Shown one piece after another: positions 19,803-30,976 of a stretch of 64,000 bases of DNA. Origin of the DNA: Gemmatales bacterium (GTDB lineage: Bacteria > Planctomycetota > Planctomycetia > Gemmatales > HRBIN36); NCBI GenBank assembly GCA_041640595.1, contig JBEPZY010000001.1, positions 1,175,471 to 1,239,470 of the forward strand, given 5' to 3'. The position numbers were made by a program, and so were the translations under genes. Under the pieces are notes generated by a model. The model saw only the letters and a list, made by a program, of their open reading frames with translations. It had not been told where the DNA came from and searched no databases. Each line of letters opens with the position of its first letter. Position 1 is the first letter of the stretch.

Positions 19803-20264
19803 ATGTCTGATTTGCGAGACCTTTATCAGGAGGTGATTCTCGATCACCAGAAGCATCCGCGAAACTTTCGGGTGCTTGCCGAGGCAACGCGGCGTCAGGA
19901 AGGATATAATCCCCTCTGCGGAGACCGCCTGACGCTGTATATAAAGCTAAGCAACAATCGTATCGAGGACATCGCTTTCCAGGGCAGTGGCTGTGCAATC
20001 TCTATGGCGTCTGCGTCGGTCATGACTGAGGCGGTAAAAGGCAAAACCGTAGAAGAAGCCGAGGCACTTTTTCACGCCTTCCATGAGCTCGTGACAGGCC
20101 AGGAATCTCCAGAAGCTGCGTCAGCCGCACGGCCACCGCTAGGTAAACTGGCGGTTTTCTCCGGAGTGCGAGAATTTCCGGTACGGGTCAAATGCGCCAC
20201 ACTACCCTGGCACACCCTTCACGCTGCCCTGCAAGGCCGGCAGGAAACTGTTTCCACCGAATAA
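19803..20264 (+). CDS. sufU: SufU/IscU-like Fe-S scaffold / sulfur acceptor
   Basis: MSDLRDLYQEVILDHQKHPRN..NPLCGD..GSGCAISMASAS. The start is taken at an internal ATG of track ORF 19734..20264. Confidence 0.85.
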   Translation: MSDLRDLYQEVILDHQKHPRNFRVLAEATRRQEGYNPLCGDRLTLYIKLSNNRIEDIAFQGSGCAISMASASVMTEAVKGKTVEEAEALFHAFHELVTGQESPEAASAARPPLGKLAVFSGVREFPVRVKCATLPWHTLHAALQGRQETVSTE

Positions 20265-20325
20265 ATAAAATATCTCGCTATCTTGAAGTACGCAGCACTT
20301 TGATTGCTCCCGATGGGATATACCT

Positions 20326-20721
20326 ATGAGCAACAATGACAAGACACTAAATTCCCAGACTGACAGCGAAACTCAGGAATCGCACTGTGCAACACCGAGC
20401 GAACAAATAAATCACCTTGAACTAGAACAGCAGGTGATTCGCGTGTTGCGATCTATTTTCGACCCGGAAATACCCGTGAACATATATGATCTTGGGCTGA
20501 TTTATAAGCTGGAGGTGCAGCCCACGGGGGAAGTTTATATCCGGATGACGCTCACATCACCGATGTGTCCGTCGGCTGCGACGCTTCCGTACGAAGTGGA
20601 GCAGAAGGTGCGTCAGGTACCTGGTGTCAAGGAAGTTAAGCTGGAGCTGGTCTGGGACCCGCCCTATCATCCCTCTATGATGTCTGACGCCGCGCGTATT
20701 CAGCTCGGATTTTTTGATTGA
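20326..20721 (+). CDS. DUF59/MIP18-family Fe-S assembly protein (SufT-like)
   Basis: IFDPEIPVNIYDLGLIY..MTLTSPMCP..LVWDPPYHPSMMS. Confidence 0.8.
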   Translation: MSNNDKTLNSQTDSETQESHCATPSEQINHLELEQQVIRVLRSIFDPEIPVNIYDLGLIYKLEVQPTGEVYIRMTLTSPMCPSAATLPYEVEQKVRQVPGVKEVKLELVWDPPYHPSMMSDAARIQLGFFD

Positions 20722-20776
20722 ATTGCGTAACTTCCGGTCACGTAGTCGCTAAATGGCGATCTAATCTCCAAGCTAC

Positions 20777-21454
20777 TTAGTCAGGCTGCGTTCGCGCACG
20801 ACTAACCAGCAGATGCGCTAAGCGAGTTGGTTCAGGAACGCGGTAGCCGCGACAGCATTGCATTGTCCAGAAGATAGCCTGCTCCAGATCGAGACGATGT
20901 CCTATGGAAACATAAATCGGGCGAACATGAAGCCGGGTGCGTAAAACAGCGCCCACGATCTCCTCACAGTCGTAAAGAGGCACCCACGCACCAACCTGGT
21001 CGGGCACTTCGTCATGTTTGCCAATCAAGCGGCTTTTCGCACAACCGATTGTCGGGATGTCGAGAAGCACCCCTAAATGACAGGCAATGCCAAACCGGCG
21101 GGGGTGGGCATAACCATGTCCATCTATCATCAGCAGGTCGGGTTGCCTGTGAAGATGTTGCCAGGCATGAAGGACGCCAGGGCTTTCTCGAAAGGATAAT
21201 AGCCCGGGAACATAAGGAAACGATACCGGTTGTCGCACTACTTGTTGCTCGATTACCTGATTATGCTTACGGTCCCATATAACTATAGCCGCCACGAGAT
21301 GACGGTCACTGCGAGTGTAAGCGACGTCCGCTCCGGCAACATAGCGGCAGGAATACAACTTACCGGCGAGTTGTACCCGGCTGGCCAGTTGCTTCTGCAA
21401 AGCGATGGCCTGCTGCGGCGTAAGTTCCCAGGAATGAACCTGTCCGGCGATCAT
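20777..21454 (-). CDS. nfi: endonuclease V (deoxyinosine 3' endonuclease)
   Basis: [50 protein letters not shown]. Confidence 0.9.
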   Translation of the reverse strand: MIAGQVHSWELTPQQAIALQKQLASRVQLAGKLYSCRYVAGADVAYTRSDRHLVAAIVIWDRKHNQVIEQQVVRQPVSFPYVPGLLSFRESPGVLHAWQHLHRQPDLLMIDGHGYAHPRRFGIACHLGVLLDIPTIGCAKSRLIGKHDEVPDQVGAWVPLYDCEEIVGAVLRTRLHVRPIYVSIGHRLDLEQAIFWTMQCCRGYRVPEPTRLAHLLVSRARTQPD

Positions 21455-22542
21455 GCAGCTTGCAAGGCTAAACGCTTAGCTGTCTCTTGAATGATAATGG
21501 CTGCCTGTTCGGCTTGCGCTCGACTAACATCCAGATGAGTAACTAAGCGGATACGCTGGGGGGAAACCGGTAGTACAAGAACGCGCTGTTCGGCCAGGGC
21601 GCGAGCAAAATCCGCCGCAGTACCTAATCTCGGATCAATGTCGGCATAGAGGATATTCGTTTCGATGTGCTGGGGAAACAAACGAAGCCCCGGGGTATTA
21701 CGAATGGTTTGTGCCAGGATTTGGGCGTTTTGATGATCCTCGGCCAGGCGGTGGAAGTGGTGTTCGATCGCGTATAATGCAGCCGCTGCTAAGACACCGG
21801 CCTGACGCATGCCCCCGCCAAACAGCTTGCGGACACGCCGTGCCCGGCGGACAAAGTCTTTCGTACCGGCCAGTGCCGAGCCTACCGGAGCACCGAGTCC
21901 CTTGCTGAAACAGACCGAGACAGAATCGCAGGGTTCGGCCCAGTCCCGAAGCGGAATGCCGGTCGCGATAGCAGCATTCCACAATCGTGCCCCGTCAAGG
22001 TGCACGACCAGATTGTGGCGGTGTGCCCAATTAGAAATACGGCGAATCGCCTCCAGTGGGAAAATGCTACCGCCACCGCGATTGTGTGTGTTCTCGATGC
22101 ATACCAAGCGTGTACGCACCAGATGATCATTATCCGGTCGAACTAACCCTTCGAGATGTTGCACATCGAAAATACCGCGTTCGCCCTCGATGGTGCGGCA
22201 CATAACACCGCTAAGCACTGCCGGGCCGCCTGCTTCATAGTTGTACACATGGGAATTAACGTCGCATATTAGTTCGTCACCCGGCTGGGTGTGCACCTTG
22301 ATGCAGATCTGGTTAGACATAGTACCCGAGGGCACGAAGAGCGCGGCTTCTTTACCTAATAACTCGGCAACGCGTTCTTCTAAACGTCGCACAGTGGGAT
22401 CTTCACCGAAAACATCGTCGCCTACTTCCGCAGTAGCCATAGCCGCTCGCATGCCCGCGGTGGGACGGGTAACCGTATCGCTGCGCAGGTCAATTACCGA
22501 TGTCGCTCGTCTCATATTCACACCTCGTTTCCGGATAAGCAC
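21451..22542 (-). CDS. ltaE: low-specificity L-threonine aldolase
   Basis: [39 protein letters not shown]. The true start may be the ATG at 22515. Confidence 0.85.
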   Translation of the reverse strand: MLIRKRGVNMRRATSVIDLRSDTVTRPTAGMRAAMATAEVGDDVFGEDPTVRRLEERVAELLGKEAALFVPSGTMSNQICIKVHTQPGDELICDVNSHVYNYEAGGPAVLSGVMCRTIEGERGIFDVQHLEGLVRPDNDHLVRTRLVCIENTHNRGGGSIFPLEAIRRISNWAHRHNLVVHLDGARLWNAAIATGIPLRDWAEPCDSVSVCFSKGLGAPVGSALAGTKDFVRRARRVRKLFGGGMRQAGVLAAAALYAIEHHFHRLAEDHQNAQILAQTIRNTPGLRLFPQHIETNILYADIDPRLGTAADFARALAEQRVLVLPVSPQRIRLVTHLDVSRAQAEQAAIIIQETAKRLALQAA

Positions 22543-22624
22543 TTTGCCAGTGCGAATCTTTTGCTGTTATATAGAGCCAGAGCACAGATTGGCGATGCTG
22601 TGACAGTGAGCAGGCAGCGCGTTC

Positions 22625-22984
22625 TCACTCGTGTTCCGTCAAGGGACTCAAGCGCACGGCTGTTCCATAGCACAAAACTTCGGTGACACCCTGCATGAAC
22701 TCCGTAGCATCGTAGCGCATGGCAATGATTGCGTCGGCACCGAGTTCCCGGGCGTGGTCTATCATGCGGGCAAAGGCTTGTTTGCGTGCTTCTTCGCACA
22801 CCGTAACCCAGGTTTCGATGTTGCCGCCAACGATGGATTTCAGTCCGCCAAGAAAGCCACGGGCAATTCCCGTGGAGCGAACGACTATGCCCCGCACAAT
22901 GCCGAGGTACTCCGTGATAGTGTAACCTTCGACGTGGTTGCTGGTGGTAACGATCAAATAGCCTGGTTTGCCCCCTGCACTCAT
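22625..22984 (-). CDS. ybjQ: YbjQ/UPF0145 family protein
   Basis: 119 aa with TEYLGIVRGIVVRS..GGLKSIVGG..AR..A..RM...A.ELGADAIIAMRYD. Confidence 0.85.
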   Translation of the reverse strand: MSAGGKPGYLIVTTSNHVEGYTITEYLGIVRGIVVRSTGIARGFLGGLKSIVGGNIETWVTVCEEARKQAFARMIDHARELGADAIIAMRYDATEFMQGVTEVLCYGTAVRLSPLTEHE

Positions 22985-23106
22985 ACGTTGTGCCCTCAGT
23001 GGTAAGCATGCGAAGTTTTTCAGGCGTGAATTAGTTTATATCAGAGGCTGGGAAACGGCAGTAGAATATCGTGGTCGGAGCATGTAGCACATTCCTGGGA
23101 GAACCA

Positions 23107-24237
23107 ATGGCTGGTAATACCTTCGGATTGCTCTTTCGCGTCACTACGGCCGGTGTCAGTCACGGCCCTGGCTATGTCTGCATCGTGGACGGCTGCCCGC
23201 CGGGATTACCTCTTTCCGAGCAAGATCTGCTGCCAGACCTGGCACGCCGACGGCCGGGCCAGTCGAAACTGGTGACGCAACGCGATGAGCCGGATTACCC
23301 GGAAATATGGTCTGGCGTCTTCGAGGGCAAAACCGACGGCACGCCGATTGCTATCTTGTTCCGTAATCAGGATCAGCGGAGCCAGGATTATAGCGAGTTG
23401 CGCGACAAATATCGTCCCGGACATGCGGACTTCACTTACGATGCCAAGTATGGTTTTCGGGACTACCGCGGCGGTGGTCGGTCGAGTGCTCGTGAAACGA
23501 TTTGCCGGGTTGCCGCCGGTGCGATTGCCAAAAAAATACTTGGACAACTCGGCATCCGCGTTGTCGGTTACGTGAAACAGATTGGCGACGTGGTGGCTAA
23601 TGTAACCGACCCCGCCAGCGTTCGTCTGGAAGATGTAGAAGCCAACCCCGTGCGCTGCCCGGACCCAGTCGCTGCGGAACACATGATGGCCCTGATTGAT
23701 CAGGTGCGCCGTGAACTGGATTCGATTGGCGGAGTGTGTGAAATTGTGGCCACCGGTGTGCCACCTGGACTGGGTGAACCGGTCTTCGACAAGCTGAAGG
23801 CCGACCTCGCCCACGCTTTTTTATCGCTGCCCGCGGTGACCGGGTTTGAATACGGTGCCGGTTTCGCCGTCGCCCGAATGCGTGGCAGCGAAAATAACGA
23901 CGCCTTTATTCGCAAGCCGGACGGCCGCATCGGCACCGAGACCAATCGGCACGGTGGTATCCTGGGCGGGATTTCTACTGGTGAGCCGATCGTGTGTCGG
24001 GTAGCGCTCAAACCGACTTCCAGCATTCCGCAACCTCAGCGCACCGTGACTCGAAACGGCGAACCGACCACGATCCTGGTCAAAGGCCGACATGATCCGT
24101 GCCTGTTGCCGCGTTTCGTGGTCATGGGTGAGGCAATGCTGGCCCTGGTCCTGGTGGATCACTGGTTGCGCTGGCGAGCCCAGTGTGGTAGCATCCCTTC
24201 TCTCGAAGTGCCTGCTGTCTTCCCCCATCGGACTTGA
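23107..24237 (+). CDS. aroC: chorismate synthase
   Basis: [46 protein letters not shown]. Confidence 0.95.
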   Translation: MAGNTFGLLFRVTTAGVSHGPGYVCIVDGCPPGLPLSEQDLLPDLARRRPGQSKLVTQRDEPDYPEIWSGVFEGKTDGTPIAILFRNQDQRSQDYSELRDKYRPGHADFTYDAKYGFRDYRGGGRSSARETICRVAAGAIAKKILGQLGIRVVGYVKQIGDVVANVTDPASVRLEDVEANPVRCPDPVAAEHMMALIDQVRRELDSIGGVCEIVATGVPPGLGEPVFDKLKADLAHAFLSLPAVTGFEYGAGFAVARMRGSENNDAFIRKPDGRIGTETNRHGGILGGISTGEPIVCRVALKPTSSIPQPQRTVTRNGEPTTILVKGRHDPCLLPRFVVMGEAMLALVLVDHWLRWRAQCGSIPSLEVPAVFPHRT

Positions 24238-24248
24238 CCAAGGCCAGG

Positions 24249-24872
24249 CTAACGCGGTTCCTGGCTGTCATCCGGAAGATGAATGCGCAAGATACGCCGG
24301 GGACTTGCGACTGGCGGAGTTGCCGTCGGCTGATGCAACGGTAGCGGCTTCGCCGACAGAGCAGTGAACGCCTCGCCCGGCACTGCCGGCAGCTCAACAG
24401 CGTCCGACGCCAAATCATGCGGTTCCCGGACGCGAATAGCGGAAGATGCCGGAAATCCAGGTGCTGTCACCGGTGCCGCTGGAACCAATGGTGGCGTCCC
24501 CGTCATTGCTGAACCAGGACTAACCGGTACATTTTGGACCGTTCTTATGGGATACACCAGACCGCCGGGGATAGCGTTAGAGTGCGTTGATGGCACTATC
24601 CGTGAACCCATAGCTGGTTCAATGGGGCTGCCAGGCGTGGTGTAGCCACTTATCACGGGACCTGTAATGCTCACGGGGCCTGTAGTTGTTGCAGCGTTAC
24701 CTGGCCAGGGGCGCCAGCTGGTCGGGAAATAACCATAATAGCCACCGAAAGAACTAAGTCGCGGAGCGGGAGCCGCTAAACCTAATTTTTCCCCTAGCTG
24801 TGCCCTTATCGCCTGCGGTGAGCCTAACAGCACCAATCCGGTCAGCCAGCAAGCGATTAGTAATCGCGCCAT
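24249..24872 (-). CDS. secreted hypothetical protein (Pro/Gly/Thr-rich)
   Basis: GGGAGG Shine-Dalgarno before the ATG at 24872. Signal peptide MARLLIACWLTGLVLLGSPQAIRAQ. No domain recognised. Confidence 0.5.
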   Translation of the reverse strand: MARLLIACWLTGLVLLGSPQAIRAQLGEKLGLAAPAPRLSSFGGYYGYFPTSWRPWPGNAATTTGPVSITGPVISGYTTPGSPIEPAMGSRIVPSTHSNAIPGGLVYPIRTVQNVPVSPGSAMTGTPPLVPAAPVTAPGFPASSAIRVREPHDLASDAVELPAVPGEAFTALSAKPLPLHQPTATPPVASPRRILRIHLPDDSQEPR

Positions 24873-24903
24873 CTTAACAGCCTCCCGAATTGCATCGAAG
24901 CGC

Positions 24904-25314
24904 TTAGCGATAAGGTATTGCCCACACTCTGCGAGTTGCCGCTGAGGAAACACTCGGCGTGGGCGAGATCGGCCCCTGACGTGGCCCGACATTAAAATAC
25001 CAGCCGGTGTTCATGAAATAAGTTGGATGGCCGGTCGCAGGCATGGTCTCCTGCTGCTGCAAAATTTCCTGCTGTCGGCGAAGGTCGCCTAAACTAAGTT
25101 GCATCTGGCGAACGGTCTTTCGCATCTCTAATTCCGGTCGCACCAGTGTAAAGTAGTTAAACCCGGGTCCGCCACCCCGACGCAGGAGGTTGAGATAAGG
25201 ACTTACAGCAGGTGGCGAAGGGCGATTGTTCGGCACCTGCGCCATCGTGTCACTATGGGCAAGTTCAACCGCTGCGATAAGAAGGATGGCATTTCTTAGA
25301 AGTGTCCGCCTCAT
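24904..25314 (-). CDS. secreted hypothetical protein
   Basis: Signal peptide MRRTLLRNAILLIAAVELAHS, then SPYLNLLRRGGGPGFNYFTLVRPE and a coiled-coil segment. Same strand as, and downstream of, the Wza-like gene. Confidence 0.55.
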   Translation of the reverse strand: MRRTLLRNAILLIAAVELAHSDTMAQVPNNRPSPPAVSPYLNLLRRGGGPGFNYFTLVRPELEMRKTVRQMQLSLGDLRRQQEILQQQETMPATGHPTYFMNTGWYFNVGPRQGPISPTPSVSSAATRRVWAIPYR

Positions 25315-25388
25315 ATAAAGTTCCCCCTTACATGGAGATTCGGTTGCCGATAAAAGTATAGCCGGGCGTCGCGTGGCAATGCAAGGTA

Positions 25389-26492
25389 TTAGAATCCAGT
25401 GCCGCTGGCGTTACGGTTATTACCATTGCCTACCGCACGAATAGTTGCGTTGCCTAGCAAGGTGACACCAAAGAGCCGTTCAATGGGGGTGAGGATTTTA
25501 GCCAGTGTATTATCCAGCGTGATCCAGTGATCAGCCTGGACATAGATGCGATCGCCTGGCAATATCTGGTAATTAGTTGCCGTGCACCCGCGCATGGTGA
25601 TGGCTTCCCAATTGACTGGCAAAATTTGTTCACCCCCTGCTTCCGGCGGTGCCGGGCGTGCGATCCAGATGTGTTTATTAGAGGCCTGGAAGGGTAACCC
25701 GTTCACCTTGGCAAGGGCATCTAAGACTGTCTCATTGCCGGTTATCGGCAAGGGGATAATTTGCTGACCATAACCACCGCCGTCGAAAATGACGTAATAG
25801 ACTTTGCTGTTATAAGCGAGCACATCCACGGAAACTTCGGGATCCTGCAAAAATTTAGAAAGATGGCGTTCGATGGCGAGTTTAGCTTCGGCGAGGGTCA
25901 TGCCGGCCACATAAACACTACCATAAGTGCCCAGGCCAATCGTGCCATCGGGCCGGACTAAGTGTTCGCCACGAATTTGCTGGAGTGCCCGCGATTCTGC
26001 CAAGCTCACGGTAACCCGCGGGTCTTTGAGAATCCTGCGAAGGTAAGATTCGATGGTCTGGCGAGCTTCTTCGAGGGTCTGACCGGCAACGCGAACCGAA
26101 CCGTAACTTGGACCGAGCAGAATTGTCCCATCCGGGTCCACACGGTACAACCCTGCAATAGGTTCATCCGGCAGCGTGCCTAACACCTGTATGAACAGCA
26201 CATCCAGAGGCTCGATGCGATAGGGCGGCAACGGAATGACCCGTACCGCGTCAATCAGCAAAATGTCCGGCGGCTCGATTACGTAGCTGGGCAACGACAC
26301 TTTTTGCAGCTCGCGCGGCAGGTCGGGAAAAAACGGCTGGCTCATGCGAGTGTCAGCACAACCAACAAGCCACAGCGCTGCGCACATCAGGAGCGTTCCG
26401 GTTGCGCTTGGGCGCGACTGCAACCGAGATTTTCTCCCAGGCGCCACTGGAATCGCGCAGCTAGTCGGACTGAAGCAAGCTGGCCCCGTCAT
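25389..26492 (-). CDS. polysaccharide export protein (Wza/KpsD-like, Poly_export + SLBB repeats)
   Basis: Lipobox-like LWLVGC. Repeated Y.I.P.D.L.I motifs (YVIEPPDILLI, YRIEPLDVLFI, YQILPGDRIYV) and SLBB-like V.V.G.V..PG segments. The exact start is uncertain. Confidence 0.8.
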   Translation of the reverse strand: MTGPACFSPTSCAIPVAPGRKSRLQSRPSATGTLLMCAALWLVGCADTRMSQPFFPDLPRELQKVSLPSYVIEPPDILLIDAVRVIPLPPYRIEPLDVLFIQVLGTLPDEPIAGLYRVDPDGTILLGPSYGSVRVAGQTLEEARQTIESYLRRILKDPRVTVSLAESRALQQIRGEHLVRPDGTIGLGTYGSVYVAGMTLAEAKLAIERHLSKFLQDPEVSVDVLAYNSKVYYVIFDGGGYGQQIIPLPITGNETVLDALAKVNGLPFQASNKHIWIARPAPPEAGGEQILPVNWEAITMRGCTATNYQILPGDRIYVQADHWITLDNTLAKILTPIERLFGVTLLGNATIRAVGNGNNRNASGTGF

Positions 26493-26659
26493 GTCTCCCC
26501 GCGCAAAAAGCTGGCATGGATATAACCGGCTGGCCAGGAAATGCTAGTCCAGCTTTCACATCGCTAACGTTTGTGCAGCCGCAGTTTCGTTCAGTAAGCG
26601 GCCAGTCGAACCGCATCATGGAAGCGATCGCTGGCGTTCGCTCAAAAGCAAGTTCAGCC

Positions 26660-26735
26660 AAAGTCAGCGTTGCCGCGGTTCGGCGAAAGCAGGTTATTGC
26701 GGTTTGTCCGATACAACTTCGGGAAGGGTCAGCAA
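26660..26735. repeat. solitary degenerate copy of the 71-74-bp repeat family seen at 56-60 kb
   Basis: GGCGAAAGCAGGTTATTGCGGTTTGTCCGATACAACTTCGGGAAGGGTCAGC aligns by eye with the unit junction GGCGAAAGTGCGGCTATG..TGCTGGAGTTTGTAGCG and with TGCGGTGTTTGTTCGCAATGTGACCGAGGGTCTGG. Confidence 0.35.
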
Positions 26736-27257
26736 TTCGCCGCGAGGTAAGTGGGCGGGTTGGATGACCTCAGCTATTGGCAGGCAAAACAGGTCGCGTT
26801 ACAAAGGCTGGAAATGCTCGCCCCAACCGAAACCATCTCTGTCTTCTATCCACCAGCGGCAGGTTCCATGAGCTCGAAATGCTTGCACAAGGCAAAGATG
26901 GCTGGACAAGTTTACAGTTTTCGGTCGGTCCTGGCCGTGTTTTTCAGCGAGGCTGTTGTTCGAGGACAGGGGGCGATAACTCACGTGCCAACCGGACATT
27001 GTGAAACGTTGCCGAGTCAAGATCACCTGCCTACCGAGCCGAACAACTGGTCTCGTCAAGCCGATGGCTTTGTGATACAAGGGGCGAGCCGAATCGCTGA
27101 CCCGCATCGCTCATAAGGCTTGCTGCTAAGGAAGTGCCCGGAAAAATTGGCAGCTTCGCGGCAAGGGCTGGTGAGCCCGCATAACCGCGTGAGGCAAACT
27201 ACTTCGCCGGGGGTCAGCAAACTCGGTGTCGCCGCCAGGTGAGCGGCTAGCTAAACC

Positions 27258-28862
27258 ATGCGGGGCTGGCGGATCCGCCACAAACTGATTGCCGGGCTGA
27301 CTCTCGTCGTCAGCTGCGTCGGGGTGTTACTGACTGGCACCCTGTGGGGGTTATTTTCGTATCGCGCCACGATGAAAAGCATTGATAGCAAACTTGCCGA
27401 ACTGCGTACCGCCCAGGAAGTGCAAGAGGCGGTGATGGCCCTGGCGGCACTGGCGGAAACCGAACAGGCCGTCACCATCTCGGAATTTGCCCGACGGCTC
27501 GAACAAGCCCGACAAGCGTTAGCAGCTTACCAGCAGCAACTCGAATACAGCGTTGCCCTGGGTCGCGATCCGGATCGCGGCCAGGATGAACGCGATGTCG
27601 TGGATGCCTTCAGGGCACTGCTGGCAGAATTGGACCAGCTAATCGGGCAGACGGAACCGGCGGTGATGAGCGTGGGAGGGGGCGAAGTTCGGCCACTGCA
27701 GGAAAAAGCCCTGACCGTTTTGCAACGGCTACGCCAGCTAGCTCCGGAACTGCGGGAGGTAATTCATAGCGATCTGAACCGACGTATCCATGCGGCCCGG
27801 CACGATTATCGAAATAGCCTGCTGGCCGTGTCGCTTGCTTCCGGCCTGGCCGTGTTGCTGGTCTTAGCGCTGGGCTTGCTGGCTTACCGCTGGATCATGG
27901 CACCCATTCGTGAATTGCACCAGAAAGTCATGCGATTGGCCCAGGGAAACTTCGACAGTCACATCTCGGTGCAGAGCCACGATGAAATGCGTGACCTGGC
28001 GCAGGCCTTCAATCACATGATAGACCGCCTGCGGGAGATTTACCGCGACCTGGAACGCCAGGTTCAGGAACGCAGCCGACAACTGGTGCGTTCGGAACGC
28101 CTGGCAGGCATTGGTTTCCTTGCCGCAGGCGTAGCCCACGAAATCAATAATCCGCTGGCCAGTATCGCCTTTTGCTGCGAAGCTCTGGAAAGACGCCTGA
28201 CCGACCTGCTGGGCGACAAACAGGACCATCCTGATTACGCCACCGTTTTCCAGTACCTGCGGATGATGCAACAGGAGGCTTTCCGTTGCAAAAAGATCAC
28301 GGAAAAGCTCCTGGAGTTCAGCCGCGTTGGTGAAAAGCATCGAGAAGTTACTGACCTGGCCGAACTCGTTCAATCGGTGCTGCAAATGGTGGAACACATG
28401 CCCCATCACAAAGGGAAAATCGTCCGCTTCGACATTCGCCATCGGCCGCGGGTGCTGGTGAACGCCCATGAAATCAAATCCGTGGTGCTCAACCTGGTGG
28501 TCAACGCCCTGGAAAGCATGGATGAAGGCGGGGAGCTGGTGATCACGCTGGACGCCGACCAGGACTGGGCAGTGATGACCTTCCGCGATACCGGTTGCGG
28601 CATGACACCCGAAGTGCTGGAAAACATCTTTGAGCCGTTCTTCACCCGCAGCCGCACCGGTAAGGGAACGGGGTTGGGTCTATCCATCACGCACCACATT
28701 GTAACGCAGCATGGCGGAGAAATCGAAGCCCACAGCGATGGCCCCAACCGCGGCAGCACGTTTACCGTGCGATTGCCACTTCGTGCCTCATTGGCAACGG
28801 AACCAGCGCGCGAGCCGAAAGTAACCAACTCACACTCGCCGCTCCTGGCTAAAGCGGCTTGA
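27258..28862 (+). CDS. sensor histidine kinase (TM-HAMP-HisKA-HATPase)
   Basis: H-box [15 protein letters not shown]-box [12 protein letters not shown]-boxes DTGCGM and GTGLGLSI, plus a HAMP-like segment after the second TM. Confidence 0.9.
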   Translation: MRGWRIRHKLIAGLTLVVSCVGVLLTGTLWGLFSYRATMKSIDSKLAELRTAQEVQEAVMALAALAETEQAVTISEFARRLEQARQALAAYQQQLEYSVALGRDPDRGQDERDVVDAFRALLAELDQLIGQTEPAVMSVGGGEVRPLQEKALTVLQRLRQLAPELREVIHSDLNRRIHAARHDYRNSLLAVSLASGLAVLLVLALGLLAYRWIMAPIRELHQKVMRLAQGNFDSHISVQSHDEMRDLAQAFNHMIDRLREIYRDLERQVQERSRQLVRSERLAGIGFLAAGVAHEINNPLASIAFCCEALERRLTDLLGDKQDHPDYATVFQYLRMMQQEAFRCKKITEKLLEFSRVGEKHREVTDLAELVQSVLQMVEHMPHHKGKIVRFDIRHRPRVLVNAHEIKSVVLNLVVNALESMDEGGELVITLDADQDWAVMTFRDTGCGMTPEVLENIFEPFFTRSRTGKGTGLGLSITHHIVTQHGGEIEAHSDGPNRGSTFTVRLPLRASLATEPAREPKVTNSHSPLLAKAA

Positions 28863-28887
28863 GGATGAACCGGAGAGGAGGTCAGTA

Positions 28888-30297
28888 GTGCAGGCGACAG
28901 CAACGCGACGCTTGCGCGTGCTTTTTGCCGACGACGAACCCCACTTGCGAGAATTGCTCCAGACCGAATTGAGCCGCCTCGGACATTACGTTACGGTTTG
29001 TCCGGATGGCCCGAGTGCTCTCAAAGCCCTGGAAAAGGGGAGTTACGACGCGGCTATTCTGGATATTCGCATGCCCGGCATGAGCGGCCTGGAAGTGCTC
29101 ATGCGGATGAAACAAATTGCACCCAATACCGAGGCGATTTTGCTGACCGGCCATGCCAGCCTGGAATCGGCGGTGGAAGCGTTGCGGCTGGGAGCGTTTG
29201 AATATATCACCAAGCCGTGCAAGCTGGCGGAAATCGAAGCGGTGTTACGCCGCATTGCCGAGAAAAAAGAACTCACCCTGCACAATCTCGCCTTGCAACG
29301 CCGCCTGCGCGCTGCCGAAGGGCCGACTGTGCTCATTGGCGAATCTCCGCCCATGCAGCAGGTGCGACGCCTGATTGCAACCATCGCCCCTACCGACGCC
29401 ACGGTGCTGATTTTGGGAGAGACCGGCACCGGCAAGGAACTGGTGGCCCGCATCATCTACGAACAAAGCCGGCGTGCGGCTATGCCTTTTGTTCCGGTTA
29501 ATTGTGGTGCTCTTTCGGAAAACCTGGTCGAGAGCGAACTCTTCGGACATCGCAAAGGCGCGTTCACCGGTGCCGACCGCGACCATAAGGGATTATTCGA
29601 GGTGGCCAACGGGGGTACCCTGTTTCTCGATGAAGTGGCAGAGTTGAGCAAGCACATCCAGGTGAAACTGTTACGCTTTCTGGAATCGGGCGAGATTCGC
29701 CGCGTCGGTGAAACTGAACCGTTTCGCACGGACGTGCGGGTGCTGTGTGCCACCAACCGAGACCTGCGGCAGATGGTGGAACGCGAGGAATTTCGTGAGG
29801 ACCTTTACTTCCGCATCAACACTTTCGAGATTCATCTCCCACCGTTACGGGAGCGACGAGCGGATATTCCGGAGCTAGCCCGGCATCTTCTGGCGCGGGC
29901 AGCACGCAAACCGGTGGAACAGGTGGCGGAATTGCTGCGTCCAGAAACACTTGACGCCTTGCTGGAGCACGATTGGCCTGGCAATGTTCGCGAACTGGCC
30001 AACGCCATGGAGCATGCCTGGATCGTTTCCGGTGGCGGGATGATTACTCCCGATCACCTGCCGCGGCACGTCGTGGAACGTGCTGCCGGGGTCAGTCTGG
30101 CCACAGTTCGACAGCACGGTCCTGGAGAACCCCCGCAGCCACGCACCCTGCGCGAAGTGGAAATGGAACACGTGCTCCGCGTTCTGGAAAAACATGGCGG
30201 TAACAAACCCGCGGCCGCTGCTGAACTCGGCATCAGTCTGAAAACACTTTACAATAAACTGCATCAGCTCGAGGCCGAGCGCAAACAGGCGGGCTAG
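28888..30297 (+). CDS. sigma-54-dependent response regulator (NtrC family: REC + AAA+ + Fis-type HTH)
   Basis: REC domain with [14 protein letters not shown]; AAA+ [18 protein letters not shown] and ESELFGH motifs; C-terminal [19 protein letters not shown]. Confidence 0.9.
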   Translation: MQATATRRLRVLFADDEPHLRELLQTELSRLGHYVTVCPDGPSALKALEKGSYDAAILDIRMPGMSGLEVLMRMKQIAPNTEAILLTGHASLESAVEALRLGAFEYITKPCKLAEIEAVLRRIAEKKELTLHNLALQRRLRAAEGPTVLIGESPPMQQVRRLIATIAPTDATVLILGETGTGKELVARIIYEQSRRAAMPFVPVNCGALSENLVESELFGHRKGAFTGADRDHKGLFEVANGGTLFLDEVAELSKHIQVKLLRFLESGEIRRVGETEPFRTDVRVLCATNRDLRQMVEREEFREDLYFRINTFEIHLPPLRERRADIPELARHLLARAARKPVEQVAELLRPETLDALLEHDWPGNVRELANAMEHAWIVSGGGMITPDHLPRHVVERAAGVSLATVRQHGPGEPPQPRTLREVEMEHVLRVLEKHGGNKPAAAAELGISLKTLYNKLHQLEAERKQAG

Positions 30298-30463
30298 CCC
30301 ATTTCCATGGGGCTATCAACCTAAAAGTCTGCCCAGCAACGACGGCACATACACGGAGCATCTGTCCAGCCTGTACGCCTCATCGCTCTTTTTGAGGACA
30401 GAGCGGTCAAACTTTTCGGGTTAGAAGACCGGCCAGCGACGGGCAACATTTTCCACAGGATAC

Positions 30464-30910
30464 GTGGCCATGTCGAGCGAAGCTGTTAGCCGCACCACGC
30501 CGGCAACTGCTGGCCAGAATCGGGGCGAAGTATCAGCACGTCCACCGCGACGCTGGCGGGATAAGTTCGCCGATGCTTTCCGCGGTCTCAAGCTGGGAAT
30601 CCGTGGGCAGTCCAGCTTTTTCGTACATTTTTTCGTGGCCGCCGCTGCCCTGGCTGCTGCTTGGGTAATGGCCCTGGACTGGGTCAGCTGGTGCTTGCTG
30701 CTGTTATGTATCGGCATGGTTTTGACAGCTGAGATGTTCAACAGCGCCCTGGAGACGTTTTGTCGCGGTCTGGACGAACCCAGCCGTAACCGTTGTGCCC
30801 CGGCTCTGGATATTGCCGCAGGGGCAGTGCTTTTAGCGGCGAGCACGGCAATTCTTGTCGGGGGAGCAATTTTTCTGGTTCGGCTGGCTGTTTTGCTGCA
30901 CTGGTTCTAA
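30464..30910 (+). CDS. dgkA: diacylglycerol kinase family protein (prokaryotic DgkA type)
   Basis: 148 aa with 3 TM helices, FADAFRGLKLGIRGQSSF, and EMFNSALE catalytic-loop motif. Confidence 0.8.
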   Translation: MAMSSEAVSRTTPATAGQNRGEVSARPPRRWRDKFADAFRGLKLGIRGQSSFFVHFFVAAAALAAAWVMALDWVSWCLLLLCIGMVLTAEMFNSALETFCRGLDEPSRNRCAPALDIAAGAVLLAASTAILVGGAIFLVRLAVLLHWF

Positions 30911-30976
30911 AAGAGCCGCACCGTTGACTAAAATAATCGAGGCGAGGACGGAAACTCATCCTGGAGAGGGCTGCTT

